DNA of 62,915 nt, counting the filler, from Basidioascus undulatus (lineage: Eukaryota), in the NCBI GenBank assembly GCA_000826855.1. It is 6 parts of 6 records of this genome, joined end to end, with 100 filler letters (N's around TTAATTAATTAA, not from the genome) between each part and the next. Parts side by side here need not be neighbours in the genome. Positions count along the whole stretch, not along the records: positions 21,310 to 28,294 come from JTLS01001638.1; positions 28,395 to 35,377 come from JTLS01001639.1; positions 35,478 to 62,915 come from JTLS01000164.1; 3 more parts are not named here. The stretch is one strand, 5' to 3'. Each line of letters starts with the position of its first letter. Within the stretch, counting starts at the first letter, position 1. Below the pieces are notes generated by a model. It made no database searches and had not been told where the DNA came from. It worked only from the letters and a program-made list of their open reading frames with translations. This document shows positions 23,632 to 40,184 of this stretch, piece by piece. Position numbers and translations under genes: made by a program.

Positions 23632-26357
23632 TCATGCGTTGCTCTCACAGAATACAAGTACATTCCGACCCTTTTCCACATCCCGTTCCACCCACTTTTC
23701 ATCATCCTTTCGGATCCGCAACCGCTTTAGAGAGGGGCATCGGTCGAGAAGGTAGAGAACACCTGCGTCGCCGTACTGCCGAGTCCAGTCTTCCCATATC
23801 CGCCAGATCGCCAACTCTTCGAGCTCCTGCAACGCTCCGATGTCAAGAAGAGTCGGAAGCTGCGTCAGCCAAGGTATCGATCAGTACTGCATGCTTTCAC
23901 AAGTCCGAACGAGCCTTGAAGGGTAGGATTCACGATGTACTCGTGAATGACGTCTTGGGATCAAGGGACGCCGGGTCATCCAGGTCGAACAGCATCCACG
24001 GCTGCTCGAGATCGAGCGACTCCAGTTCGAAAGTCTTCAAGCGTGGAATGCGCTCGGTGATGAGAGAAGGGAGGTCCGGGGTGATTTCGTTGACGTACGC
24101 CCGAAAGATAGTGACGGCGCAAGGCGAAGGTAGAGCGTGAATGGCGTTCTCGAGGGTCCAACAATCGACGGGGTCTTCCATGTCGATCGTCATGTCGATC
24201 TCGGTCACGCCAGGGTTGATCCTTGGGAGAAGATGGCATAGAGACTCTGGGCTCCAGGTCTTGAGTCTCTGAATACGAGGCACAAGGGAGGCGGGTAGGT
24301 CGACGCCTTCGAAGCTGGCTCGATCGATGGTAATATCGAGTTCGACAAGGTTGTAGAGGCTGACCAAAAAGCCTGCGGTATGAGGATCGGCGTTCCATGC
24401 AAGAAGAATAAGTCGGCGGAGATTCTTCAGCTTGGATAAGCCCTCGGAAAGCTCGGTATTCGCAAGCATCTTTGGAAACAATTACACTGAGATGAAGAAA
24501 CGAAGGTGTTCAGGTGGGGTGGTATAAGAAAGTGGACGGGGAGAGTAAGTGCTGATTCCCGTGGCGGACCTGAGCATCAGATGTGCAGAGGTCAAGGTCA
24601 TGTTTGATGCAAGATGTTTTGGTGCAATAGAAGTATCATGTTCCCAGAAAATAATTTGGAACTTGAGAGCTATAGGCATCTTGGACAAGTGCTGCCTGCC
24701 TGCTCATCTTTCCACAGCCTGGGTTGGTTGGGGCCGTGTAGCGCAGCAGCCTTTCCGTCATACCTTGTTATCAGGGTCAATGGATTTGGTTCCACTCTTG
24801 GACAGTTGGCAAGGGCTTCAGCATACCACATAGATGAAGGCAAAAGATACACCTGGAGTGATGGCTCTCGTTGCATTCAGTCAGTAGCATCCCACGATTC
24901 TCAGGCCAGACTTTTGAGCTACACCCTAGTTGTTAAGACAGCCATCCTATTAGGATACCAAGTAGATGCACCAGCTTGAACATCACCTGGGTCCTCCGCA
25001 TCATCCCAACAACAGTCCACCCTCTTCCTTTGGTTCGACAATCACGAAAGGCGGTGCACCTTGCACCACTGCAGACATGGTCCAGTCATTACACTACTCC
25101 AGCATGTCTCCACTTGTGTAAAGCGTACCTCTCTATTCTCTGGCCAGTCCTCCCCTGGTCCTCCCTAGAGCAGTACATCACTCCCTTGCATCCTTGGCAC
25201 ATTGACATCAAGTTGCATGCTATGCTGCAGATTTCACACCAGTAGTGCTGAAGACTGTGTAGCTTCTTCAGGTTCTGAAGAAGGATACATGATATCTCAA
25301 AGATGTGGAAGCATTCTGAGTGAAGGTGATATGATCAGTCCAGTTCACCTCAAAGTCTTCCCCAAGCTGATCAATGTGACCGTTGCGCGACAAGAGTCGC
25401 ATCACCGCATCAGGCCAGGGAGGCAGAACCATGCAGCCTTGATAAAGCTGTATCCATGTTTTTGGTGGGTTTCTGGTAGTGATAGATGGGAGATAGGCAT
25501 GTAAGCGAGCATAGAGTGCATGAGTGTCCCTCAAGGACAAGTCAATGTCGTTGGGATTCACAAGGTGTAGCCAACCAACTCCGTGCTGCCCCGGTATGAG
25601 TGCTTTGGCCTCCCCATGAGCATTGACAGTGAGTGAGGATACCAGGGGAAGATGCTCCTGCATGCCAACATCAAGAAGAGCTGGGCTCTGTCTGTCAGCG
25701 ACTGTCTCCATCCCTGCCGTGACTTGTGCTCGGAATATCGCATACCCCTGCCTGTGTGCATCAGAATGCAGGTTCATGTGGTTGAACTTGTAGAGAACAG
25801 CATTTCTGGGGAGAGCGATCTGGGCATCACCCCCTGCTGGAAACACAGCGGCGAAGTCGAACACTTCAGCCAGGAACGATTGCGGGAGGATGTGAGTTCG
25901 GTCCAGGAAGCGCACGACGGCGACGAGCCCGTACGGTGACAGCTCGGACGTGAAAAGCATCTTGTATAGGCACTCGCACTCGAGCATTGCTGTGCAGAAG
26001 CAAGAGACTTCGAAGCTGTCGTAAATGGAGTGGGCCAATTTTTCACCCGGCCGGTGCCCGGCGTCGAATTCGAGGAATTCGTCGTTCTTGGCCTGCCAGT
26101 TCAAACACAGACTCCGCAGCTTTGATCACCCTTGGAGGGGAGGGGATGAACGCGATGATCTCGGCGTGGAAGTGAAGCCGCATGTTGGCTCCGAGTGCTG
26201 AGAGAGGGTTGTACGGGTGATGAGGGTGGTGGCGAGAGGAGGAGACCAAGACCACCCAAGATGACGGAGGGTCTTGCGCTGGAGTTGCCGCCGGGGACGC
26301 CTTGCCCGCGCCCTTCTTCTTGTTCTTCTTTTTGTTGTTGTTCTTCTTGTGAGGCAC
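23632..26357 (-). pseudogene. Decayed long gene(s): unknown N-terminal domain plus F-box/RNI-like LRR region
   Basis: Collinear broken ORFs 26357-26043, 26104-25268, 24876-24670, 24688-24482 (SKMPIALKFQII, F-box-like), in-frame TAA, 24481-23930 (LSKLKNLRRLIL, LYNLVELDI, IPRLKTFEL), intron, 23832-23632 (LQELEELAI..CPSLKRLRI). Confidence 0.6.
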
Positions 26358-27732
26358 TCCAGCGGCTGAGTTTGTCGTATAAACCCGTTACTGAGTAAGA
26401 TGAAAGACGAGCAGGAGTGAACGAGGTGGGCGGTCATGATCAGGAGAAAATGCGCAGTTGGGCCGGTCATCGACGGCTGGGCCGGGTCGCGCACATGCAC
26501 GTCCATCTTTCCCTGTCGACCCGCGTTAAGCAAATTTTCACCAGGATAATTCACAGGCGTCCTCCTGGAAACCACTTAGAATATGTGATTTGGATTCAGC
26601 ACAAATTCGTTATATGCGCACTCCGGCGCATCAGGCAGGAAGGTGTTCTGCCTCGTAGGCCCGGCAAGCTATCGCCTTTGTATGGCCAATGGCGATATGT
26701 TTTTTTGGCTCGAGACAATACGTAGAGGTTTATCAGGGCGGACTACAGTACCTCCGTGCAACGGTGGGTGCATTACCCTGATTGGGGCCAAGTACTGATA
26801 GCAGGCAAGGCAGCTATCGACGATACATAATGTTGTCATATCTTCAGAGCAATAAGCCGACAGAAAAGCTTATGTGACCAAAGAAGTCTATGCTGTCTTG
26901 GTATGTGCTAGAAGCCGCTTCCAGGCAGTGAACAAAGCTGCGAGCAGGCGGGCGAAGGCCATGGGCACTCCCCGTTAACTCACCGCTTTGCTTCGGAGTT
27001 GATCAACCGATGGAGGATAAGTATATTTAGGTACCGTGAACAAAATGAGCCCTACAAGTTTTCTGTTGGGGATTGTTCACTTGGGCAAACACATTTTGGG
27101 AAGGGACTGACCTGGCGACCGATGCTGCGTTCTCGTCTGGGCACTGACAAGGTTAGACAGAGCAGCACAGCGTATAATCATTCCTTCAATCAAGTTAGTG
27201 GGCCTTGGACATATTGGTCCGCCGGACAATCAAAAGCAACAGGCTCAATCGGCGGAGTGACAGTTCTCTGTCGGCAGAGCAAGATCCCCAGGCCTTGGAC
27301 GTTTGAACCACACCTACATGACGATAGGTTTCGAAAGTACTCTAGCGAAGCCCCTCCGTCTGACCGCACAGCTGTTTTTTGCACCTTCGACCCTCGCTAT
27401 TGGGGCGCGATTTCCTCCCCTCCGCTCGTGCTCGACAAGGGAACCAGGCCTACTTTCTTTGTTTTAAAAACCCATAGGTGTTTCATCTAGTGGTGTTTAC
27501 TCGGCAGTGTTGCGTTATAAAGGCATTGCAGTTTGACGCGAAGGCGACAACGCACCCTTCGGCCCAGGAGATTTTATACTAGCGGTGCCGTGCACGTGAC
27601 TTGATCCCGACGGAATCTTGCCTTGGAAGCGTGATGCGAGAAGACCGACTTGTCGATCTCCAGCGCTCGTTCATAAAGCGGACATCCACATCAAATACCA
27701 CTGGATCAACCGCATACACCCTACCCAGCGCC

Positions 27733-28294
27733 ATGAGCACCCCCCTCACCCCCATCCTCCGACGCTCCGCACGCCTCAGCGCCGCGCGCTCGCACACTCC
27801 CAGCGTCTTCTCCCCCCTCTCGCGGTTCTTCTCATCTCCCCCACCCCCATCAGACTCCGACGACGCCCCCGACACGAGCATGCTCTCCCCCCCACCTGCG
27901 CGGGACTGGCAGCGTCCCTCCTCCACGCTGAGCCCTTTCCCGTCGCTCCCGCTGGCCTCCTCCCTCCCCTCTCGCCCGCCCGCCGACCCATCCAGCACAG
28001 CTCGCACCTGGTCGATCCACCGCGCCGCGCTCAAGCGGCGCTTCCCCGAAGGCTGGAACCCCCCCAAAAAGCTGTCCCGCACGGCGATGGTGGGCCTGCG
28101 CCAGCTGCACGCGCACGACCCGGTGCGATACTCCACCCCCGAGCTCGCGGGGCTGTTTAAGCTCTCGCCCGAGGCGGTCAGGCGGGTGCTGAAGAGCCGG
28201 TGGATTCCGGATGAGGCGCGGGCGCGGGAGCAGAATAGAAGGGCGAGGGAAGAGGCAGTTAGGAGGGCGGTGGAGCGGCAGGCGGGGGATTTGA
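27733..28294 (+). CDS. RRG9: Mitochondrial Rrg9/neugrin-family protein; 3' end cut by contig end
   Basis: Arg/Ser-rich presequence; WSIHRAALKRRFPEGWNPPKKLSRTAMVGLRQLH...TPELAGLFKLSPEAVRRVLKSRWIP. Confidence 0.92.
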
Positions 28295-28394
28295 NNNNNN
28301 NNNNNNNNNNNNNNNNNNNNNNNNNNNNNNNNNNNNNNTTAATTAATTAANNNNNNNNNNNNNNNNNNNNNNNNNNNNNNNNNNNNNNNNNNNN
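28295..28394. other. Artificial contig linker
   Basis: N44-TTAATTAATTAA-N44. Confidence 0.97.
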
Positions 28395-28648
28395 TTGTGA
28401 AGCCATTCAGAAGGGTACGTGGGCCAAGGTCGCAGAGGGAAAACAAAGGAGGGGAGGTATGGGTGCGACAGTCGGGTATAGGAATGAGTAGAACAGGGTA
28501 TAATAGCCATTACGATGGGTATAAGAGTCCGAGCTTTACTTATCGTGTAGGCATGGATCCGGGGTCGCTGTAGCGAGCAGAGCATGGGTAAAGTCGGGTG
28601 GAAGACAGTTGGCACCACATGGTAACCAGGCCGGACTTACAGGTACTC

Positions 28649-29184
28649 TTAGTCGTACTTCTTGTACTCGGGCTTCTTGATGAGGTAGACCTTCTTGGGC
28701 CTGAAAGAACAATGCCAGGACATGTCAGTGAACGATCACTTGTGAGAGCTGCGTCGACCTACTTCTTCTTCTTCTCCTTCTTCTCCTCCTCCTCCTCGAA
28801 GTCCTCGAGGTGCGTCTTCTCGAACTTCTCCTTCTGGAACTCAAAGTCGACAAGGACATCATTCTCGATGTTGATTCCGTCCTTCTGCTGGAACGGGGTG
28901 GCGCGGCGGGAGTGCTTCTTGCCCTTGTTCTTGTTGTGGTGCTGGCGGTGCGGGAAGTAGGGCACGTCGTTGTCGCCGCCCTTGCCAATCTTCTTGTGCT
29001 TCATCTCCTCGAGCTGGAAGTTGAGATTCGTGTCCACCGAGTTGTCGATGTTGATCGCGTCGTCCGCGGCAGCGCGACGGTACTTCTGAAGATTGTTGAG
29101 GTCTTTGGGCGCGGGCGCGGGCGTGGCGAGCACGGCGCTGGCGGCGAAGAGAGCGAAGACAGCGATAGAGGCAGTAGTGCGCAT
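28649..29184 (-). CDS. Secreted precursor with two internal repeats after dibasic sites (Kex2-processed repeat protein-like); one intron ~28762-28701
   Basis: Signal MRTTASIAVFALFAASAVLA; RR|AAADDAINIDNSVDTNLNFQLE and RR|ATPFQQKDGINIENDVLVDFEFQKE; GTAGGT..CTGAC..CAG intron leads to KPKKVYLIKKPEYKKYD*. Confidence 0.8.
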
Positions 29185-29360
29185 TATGAGTGAAGGGGTG
29201 TGTATGAGGTGGTAAGGGGTGTGCGGGTATTAGATAGGATGGGAGGGAAGGAATGAGGGAATGATGGATTTGAAGGCTGCATCTGTCCGGGCTTTTGTAA
29301 GGGCTGGGTGGTGGAAAGGCGGGAGGGAGGCGAAGAGGGAGGCAACGCAGACATGCGCGA

Positions 29361-29446
29361 TGGCGGAGGCGGCGTAGTGGCGGAGGCGGCGTTGTGGCGG
29401 AGGCGGCGTTGTGGCGGAGGCGGCGTAGTGGCTGAAGAGGCGTAGT
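29361..29446. repeat. 17-bp tandem repeat TGGCGGAGGCGGCGT(A/T)G x4 plus a degenerate copy, upstream of the secreted precursor
   Basis: Read directly: four units at 29361-29428, then tggctgaagaggcgtagt. Confidence 0.9.
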
Positions 29447-30780
29447 ACGCTGCCTGCATCGGCTGCCAGCTTGCCATCCAAGAGGGGTGGGGGATGGCCT
29501 CGCCATCTATTGTCAAAGTGACAAAAGTATTTCAGCGTTTCGCGCTACAGGGTGTCACGGGTCTTGTCTGTACAGGCAGAGTACACCACCGTAGGCATGA
29601 GCAATTGCTAGGAGCTTCGTAACTTCTGCTCGATTCCTTCTATGTGAAATCCAGGAAACAGTATGGGGATGAGTCACTGGTAAAGTCAGAAATAGAAAAC
29701 AACCCACGTAGGTGTGGTGGCGGAAACGGCGTAGGACGCAGCAAGTTGCACGGGCTCAGCAACGTCTTGATGTTTGATTCCAAGCCCTTTCGTGCTTCGT
29801 AATCGCCTTACCTTATACATTTGATTGGTTTGAAACTACTTGAAATCAACTAGAAGTCGAAGCCAAAGAAAGTCAGACCAGTCGGTGGTCATCTTCCACA
29901 AAGCGTCGGACTCTGCCATCACGGACACAGCAACCGACGCAACAGAACGTTCGTACCTTCTATACTTCACGACCGGTGCCTATTTCAAGTACGAGAACAG
30001 ACCGTCGGTTGGCCAAGAAAGGATTCAGCTGGGCTGCGCAGCGGTGGGGCACATGTCCTCCAAAGGGCTCAGGTTTCCTACTCAAGATACAGAGCTCGCA
30101 AGCAACTCCAAACATCTGTTCCGGTCGACGGATAGTAGAATAAGATGCACGCCCTACCCGTACTTGTATATGGTTGTACCCCTCAGCTAGGCCGTGCAAC
30201 CCGCGGCGATACCGCTCCTGGCCTGGGCCTGCGGCTTCTTGTGAAAGTGGACGTTTTCGTTTCATTTCCTCCGCACTTGCCCGCACTCAATCTACGAGCC
30301 CCAATTAGCCTTGCAAGTTCCAGAACAAATAAATGCCTGCACCTGGGCACTGCAATATTATCGAGTGACCTCCACGCCACGAGCCGGCGCCTGTTTTCAC
30401 GCTGCTCGAACGCAAGTCCCCTGACAAAGCACGCCACGACAAACTCTCCATGCAGGGTGCAGATCAATGCGCGGCGGTACAAGTTCCAACTACTACTACA
30501 AGCAGGGTGGGTACAAAACAACGACGGTGCAGTAAGTCGGTCGGGCGCGCTGCGTGCGGCGCGGCGCGGGACGGGAGGACGGGACGGCGTCGGGCAACGA
30601 GCGAGACGAGGGCGAGGGCGGGGTGAGGGCGGGGCGAGGACGAGAGCCGGAGGCCGGTCGGTGCTGGACAAGACAGGATGAGTGAGCGACGGCCTTCAAA
30701 GTCTAGGAAGCACGAGAGGGAGTGCGTACCGACTGGCGCCAATGGCAGCGGACGGCGGCGGGAGCTCTTCAAGTTCAAGT

Positions 30781-35377
<4,597 letters not shown>

Positions 35378-35477
35378 NNNNNNNNNNNNNNNNNNNNNNN
35401 NNNNNNNNNNNNNNNNNNNNNTTAATTAATTAANNNNNNNNNNNNNNNNNNNNNNNNNNNNNNNNNNNNNNNNNNNN
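35378..35477. other. Artificial contig linker
   Basis: N44-TTAATTAATTAA-N44. Confidence 0.97.
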
Positions 35478-37207
35478 AGCGGGAGTGCGAGTGCGAGTGG
35501 GGCGGGGAGGAGTGCGAGGAGGAGCGCGTGGAGGTGGGCGAGGACGTGGGCGAGCCGGCCCGGCGCGCGATCGCGTCCGCCCCTACGCCGACGAGCTTGG
35601 GGGGGAGCGTGCGTGCGGGGGGAAGGGGAGCGGTGGCCGGGGCGGCCTCGGGCTGCTTTGGCGTGACCCAGATGCACCACGCCTCCTCCTGCTGGAGGAA
35701 CGCGAGCAAGGTCTCGGCCGTCTGCCTCGCAGCCGCCTCCTTGGCGTCCTCGATCGTCTCCATCTCGTCCAGCAAGCCTTGGACGATGCGCCTGAGCGCG
35801 GGGCCGACGAGGACCGCGAGCTCCTCGAGGTACGCCTCGTTCGCGAGCTCCATCGTCCCCGGCGGGGGGAGGTCGAGGTCCGCGAGCTCCTCGTGCAGCT
35901 CGCGCAGCTCGCGCGTCGTGCGCATCTCGAGCGAGCGCGTCGGGTACGGCGGGAGCGTCGCGCGCGCGGGCGCGTTGACGAATGACGGCGAGCCCCACAA
36001 CGCTTCTTGCTCGTATGGCGAGAGCCAGAACCCCTCTATGATGCGCGCGTGCGCCCAACGCAGCAGAGCGGCGTGGCGGACGTCGTCGTGGTCTGCGAAG
36101 AGCCAGTATCGTCAGTCCGCCGAATCTGTGAAAAAAAGCAAGGCACGGTCGAACCCCCAACTCACGCTCAAGATCGTCATCTTCATCGTCATCGTCCCAG
36201 AGCTCGTCGTCCTCCCAAAGCTCATCCTCCTCATCAAACTCGAGGTCCTCGTCGCTCCCGGCGTACTGCTTCCACTTCCTGTGCCTCCGCTCCTCCTTCG
36301 CGAGGCGCAGCTGCTCCCGCGCCTGGCTCAACAGCTCCTCAAAGTCCGTGTGGTGGAGGTACCACTGCTTCTCGGTGAGGTGAGCGACAACCTGTGCGAT
36401 CGTGCCCGTGCCGCTGTCGATAAAGTCCTCGTAGAGCGGGTCGACCATCATGCCCTTCCACGGCTGGACGCCCGCGGCGCGGACAGCCTCGAAGAGCGCC
36501 GAGGCGCGGCACGGCCCGCAGGTGAGCATCGCGCCCGGCCAGCGGAGCGTGTCGGCGTTCTGGCGCAGGGCGGGGTCCGGCCGGCCGCGCACGAACGCAC
36601 GCAGGCACACGCCGCAGAATTGGCCCGGCCCGAGGTGCGCCGCGATGCGCACCGGCCGGTGGTGCAGGTAGCGCACGGTCACGACCGCGGAGTAGAACGT
36701 GCCGGACGCGCAGGCCGGGTCGTTCACGCGCGAGACGATGCAGGTGTTGTGCAGGTGCGGGAGGACGGTGGAGAAGGTGGGCGTGGTCGACTTGTTGCGC
36801 GAGTTGGTGAGGATGAGCCAGTCGTGTAAGAGCGACCAGAACGGCATTCGGTTAACTGGCGATGAGGGAGAAGAGGGTCAGATAACTGTACATCCCCCAG
36901 GTTCTCCCTCTCTTTCCCTGCTTGCCCCCTGACACGCTCGCGAGGAGAAGGAAAAGGCAGGATGAGACTCACCAGCATCCCTCCAAGCCCTCGAGACCTT
37001 CCGCAGCTTCGCAAGCTCCAACGCGCGCTCGTACAAGAAGATGAGCATTTGGCTTTGATTGCCGCCATCAAAGTTGACCCAGGACGTGAAGCGCTCGGGG
37101 AGACTGAGCTCGTAGCGGCGGAGGATCAGGGAGAGGACGGGGGCGGGCAGGGCGGACCATCGCGGCGCGGGCGCCTGCTTGCCCTTTTGCCCTGCGGGTT
37201 GGGACAT
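35478..37207 (-). CDS. F-box-like protein with CxxC pairs and an acidic tract; 3' end cut by contig end
   Basis: WSALPAPVLSLIL...LAKLRKVSRAWRDA/VNRMPFW (F-box pattern); TCIVSR, FCGVC, TCGPC; introns near 36973-36859 and 36165-36094. Confidence 0.7.
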
Positions 37208-39309
37208 CGCGGGGGTGAGTGGGCGAGGGTCTGTTGGAACGGGAATGCAGGTGGTTGTCAGCGCGGGTGAGCGCCAGTGTGCATGCGCCGATTTGCAGGA
37301 CATGGAGGGGTAGGGGAACGGCGAGGACGCGTAGACGGACGACGAACACGACCGGGCCAACGACGGCGACCGAGGAGACGCGCCCGGCGGGGATATGGAT
37401 CGGGAGAGCGGTAGAATGTCTATCGACCGAGCGAATAATGTTCAATCCCTCGGTCAGTCCGTCCGTCGCAGTGAAAGCAGGCTGCAGTCTGGCCTGGCAG
37501 AGGACGCGATTGAGCTGCTCCCCGGATGCAGATGGACATGCGATCCCACAGCGCGACACAGCCCATATGTACCGCGTCGGGGCGATCATCCAACACACCC
37601 GATTGCTCCGCCCAACCACACGCAACATAAGATCAACAACGCGTTACTCACAGTTTACAACACTCTCGGCCTGTTTTTGAGTGCGTCTGCCGGCGTACAA
37701 GAGCGATAGGCGAGCACAAGGCCGTTTGAGCGAGTCGCGACGTCAGCGGGGCCGGCGCGGGCGAAGGCTAGCACGGTTGCATGAATTCATGCCTCTTCGG
37801 CATTTACTCAGATTGCCATGTCAGCATGAAAGATTACCTTTCCGAACTAACAATGCAATGAAAAGGGAAAATACTCTCAAGGAGCTGTTATCAGCAACCC
37901 GAGATAAGGTTTGGGCGAAGCCAGCCGCTCGCTCAAAGCAACTTGAATGCATCGCAGTACACCGGCGTCCTGTCGTCGCACATAGAACAGCGACACAAGC
38001 TACTCTGCGTCTCGTAGCACTGGTGTCCATCTTAGGATCAAGGACTTCGCGCACAAGCTCTTCCTGGTGTCTCAAATAACCGCAAGTTATCAAGCGGAAG
38101 TTTGGAAAGGCACGCCTGTTTGCCCAGAATGTGGCCAGGCCACAGAGCTCCTGCGCCGCTGCAGTTCGGCATCGGGCGCGGGCGACCCACGGTTCTCCAG
38201 CGTCCACCCTACCGTTCTTCTGACTGGAAAAGGAACCAGATTAAGTCATCTAGCACTATAAGTAAAGCAAAAAATGCCCCATTTAGCACATCCCAGTCCT
38301 GATACATCTCTTGCTCAAAATCTCTTCCGTCCATTGCACATTAAAGTTACCTCAGCCGTCCGAGCCAGCTGATCAAGGTTATTGACCCTCCCGTCCAGCT
38401 CTGAGCACATCTTAGGGGACCTTTCATCTTGAAAAAACACAACAGCTCCAAATTTGAAAGAATAGTCGAGGAGCTCGGCGCTCACCGTCGCACCCTCCTC
38501 GCATCCGGTGTCAGCGCCGTCATGGTTGGTGTTAGGTCGAGCTGCTCTGGCGTGTATCATTTTGCTGTCACTGACGGAGATAATACCAACTGTGTTGGTA
38601 GGCAAGTAGTATTACATATCCAAATGTGTGAGAGAGGAGAGCCGGCAGCTGCCATCATGACCATAAGCCTGCACTCATATGCCTGCACTCATATGCCTTC
38701 TCTCCTACTGTGGCCTCGCAACGCCCTTACAAGCCTCCTTTCGGACCTTACCTTACACCACGAATCATACGACCAGGTCGGACTTTGGAACCGCACCTCC
38801 AACCATTCAGCTGAAGCCGAGGCCCACCGTCTCACGTCCTGAGTGTCTGGGGCAAGCATTTCGCCCGCACCACCACGCTTGTATCATTAATTCCAAGCCT
38901 TTGGCCTCCCAGTTTGGTCGAATCTGTAATATTCCTTATATCTGACACCCTTGCATGGCTGCAATGGGACCGAAGCTGACCAGGATGTAGGACACGTCGT
39001 CCTTTGCCGTCCTCGGCTGCCTTCAATATGACACAATCAAAATATCAATACAGCCCCTTCTGGCTGTAATGTTGATCCTGGCTTTACAAGATATATGCAT
39101 TGAGCCACAGCAGTTCGTAGAGCGGTGGAACGCACGCTTGTCGCGTCTGGAGCTTTTCCCTCACGTCACCCCCCATCGATTGATTCATTTCCCAAGCATT
39201 CCAACACAACGAGCTTTCCAAGAACTTTCCAGTCTAGGTGGTAGTGAATCTTACGGTCAAAGCTTCGCTAGCGCCACATACGATTGTGACTTTTTCAGAG
39301 GATTAGCCT

Positions 39310-40184
39310 GAGCGTCTTTACGAAAAGACAAATGCGATGAAGATGCCCTTCTTAACCCGCACAATCGATTTTATGATGGATGGAAGAGATCAACGGTTGG
39401 ATATTCGACATATCATCCAGAGCCCCCACGTCGTCAGTCAGCTCCCACAACGTTCCGTCGATGATACCGTCAATCAGCCAACTGCTTTCCGACTTCCTGT
39501 TGCCACGGTACGCCTCAAACAATATGGAGATTTCTGCTCTTCGACTGCGAGTCGTGTAAACTTTTGAGCAGATCTTGGCCGCCTTTGTTGGACCGACCCA
39601 CAAGATAAGCTTGCGCATCGGCGGAACGCGATCGAGGAAATGCGATGCCGCTCAGGTATCGCTCTTCTCGAAGCACACGAGTGATGGCGAGGTGGGTAAG
39701 ATGATCCATCTTCAAAAGCTCCTCCAAGGTCTGCGAATCATTGAATGGGATGTCGAACAAAGCGAGGCGTTGAACGGTCTCCGATGCATAGAACCAACAG
39801 AACGTTGAGTAGCCCACGTACGGCAGAACCCCGCTGAAAGGAAAACAGTCTAGAGGCATCAAAGAGGCGCCGGACACCAGTCATCTTCTCCGTTATTAGC
39901 TGACTTTGTGGATGGGCGGAGTCATATTGACGCAAGGGAATGAGTCCAAGCAAGGAGCTGCGGGCCGATTCGTTTCCGCCGTGCGCGCCAACTTCTCGTC
40001 TTTCCTTCGATTTCAGCGTAATTGCACCGTAGAGGAGCGGCGCCGCTATTGCGTCAAACGCGGGAACGAGGCAGAGCGAAGCGAGCGTGGTCGAGTCCCT
40101 GGCGTAGGCGAGAGGGTGCGACGGCGCGCCGACTTCAGCGATGATGAGCGCATGAATCTCGACAGGGAGTCGCGGAACAGTTAT
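39310..40184 (-). pseudogene. F-box/LRR pseudogene
   Basis: ATA in place of ATG, then VPRLPVEIHALIIAEV...TTLASLCLVPAFDAIAAPLLYGAITL; frameshifted LRR-like pieces ETVQRLALFDI, LKMDHLTHLAI, MRKLILW; 3' boundary approximate. Confidence 0.65.

Noticed and set aside
27440..27590. Helitron 3' end (CTAG)
   Set aside because: The CTAG|T at ~27487 lacks a GC hairpin and the other CTAG is not followed by T
29361..29446. CRISPR-like array
   Set aside because: Contiguous tandem units without unique spacers, in a eukaryotic genome
38667..38698. 14-bp tandem duplication GCCTGCACTCATAT and microsatellites such as (GAGATG)3 at ~2208 and (CTG)n at ~33582
   Set aside because: Ordinary slippage repeats
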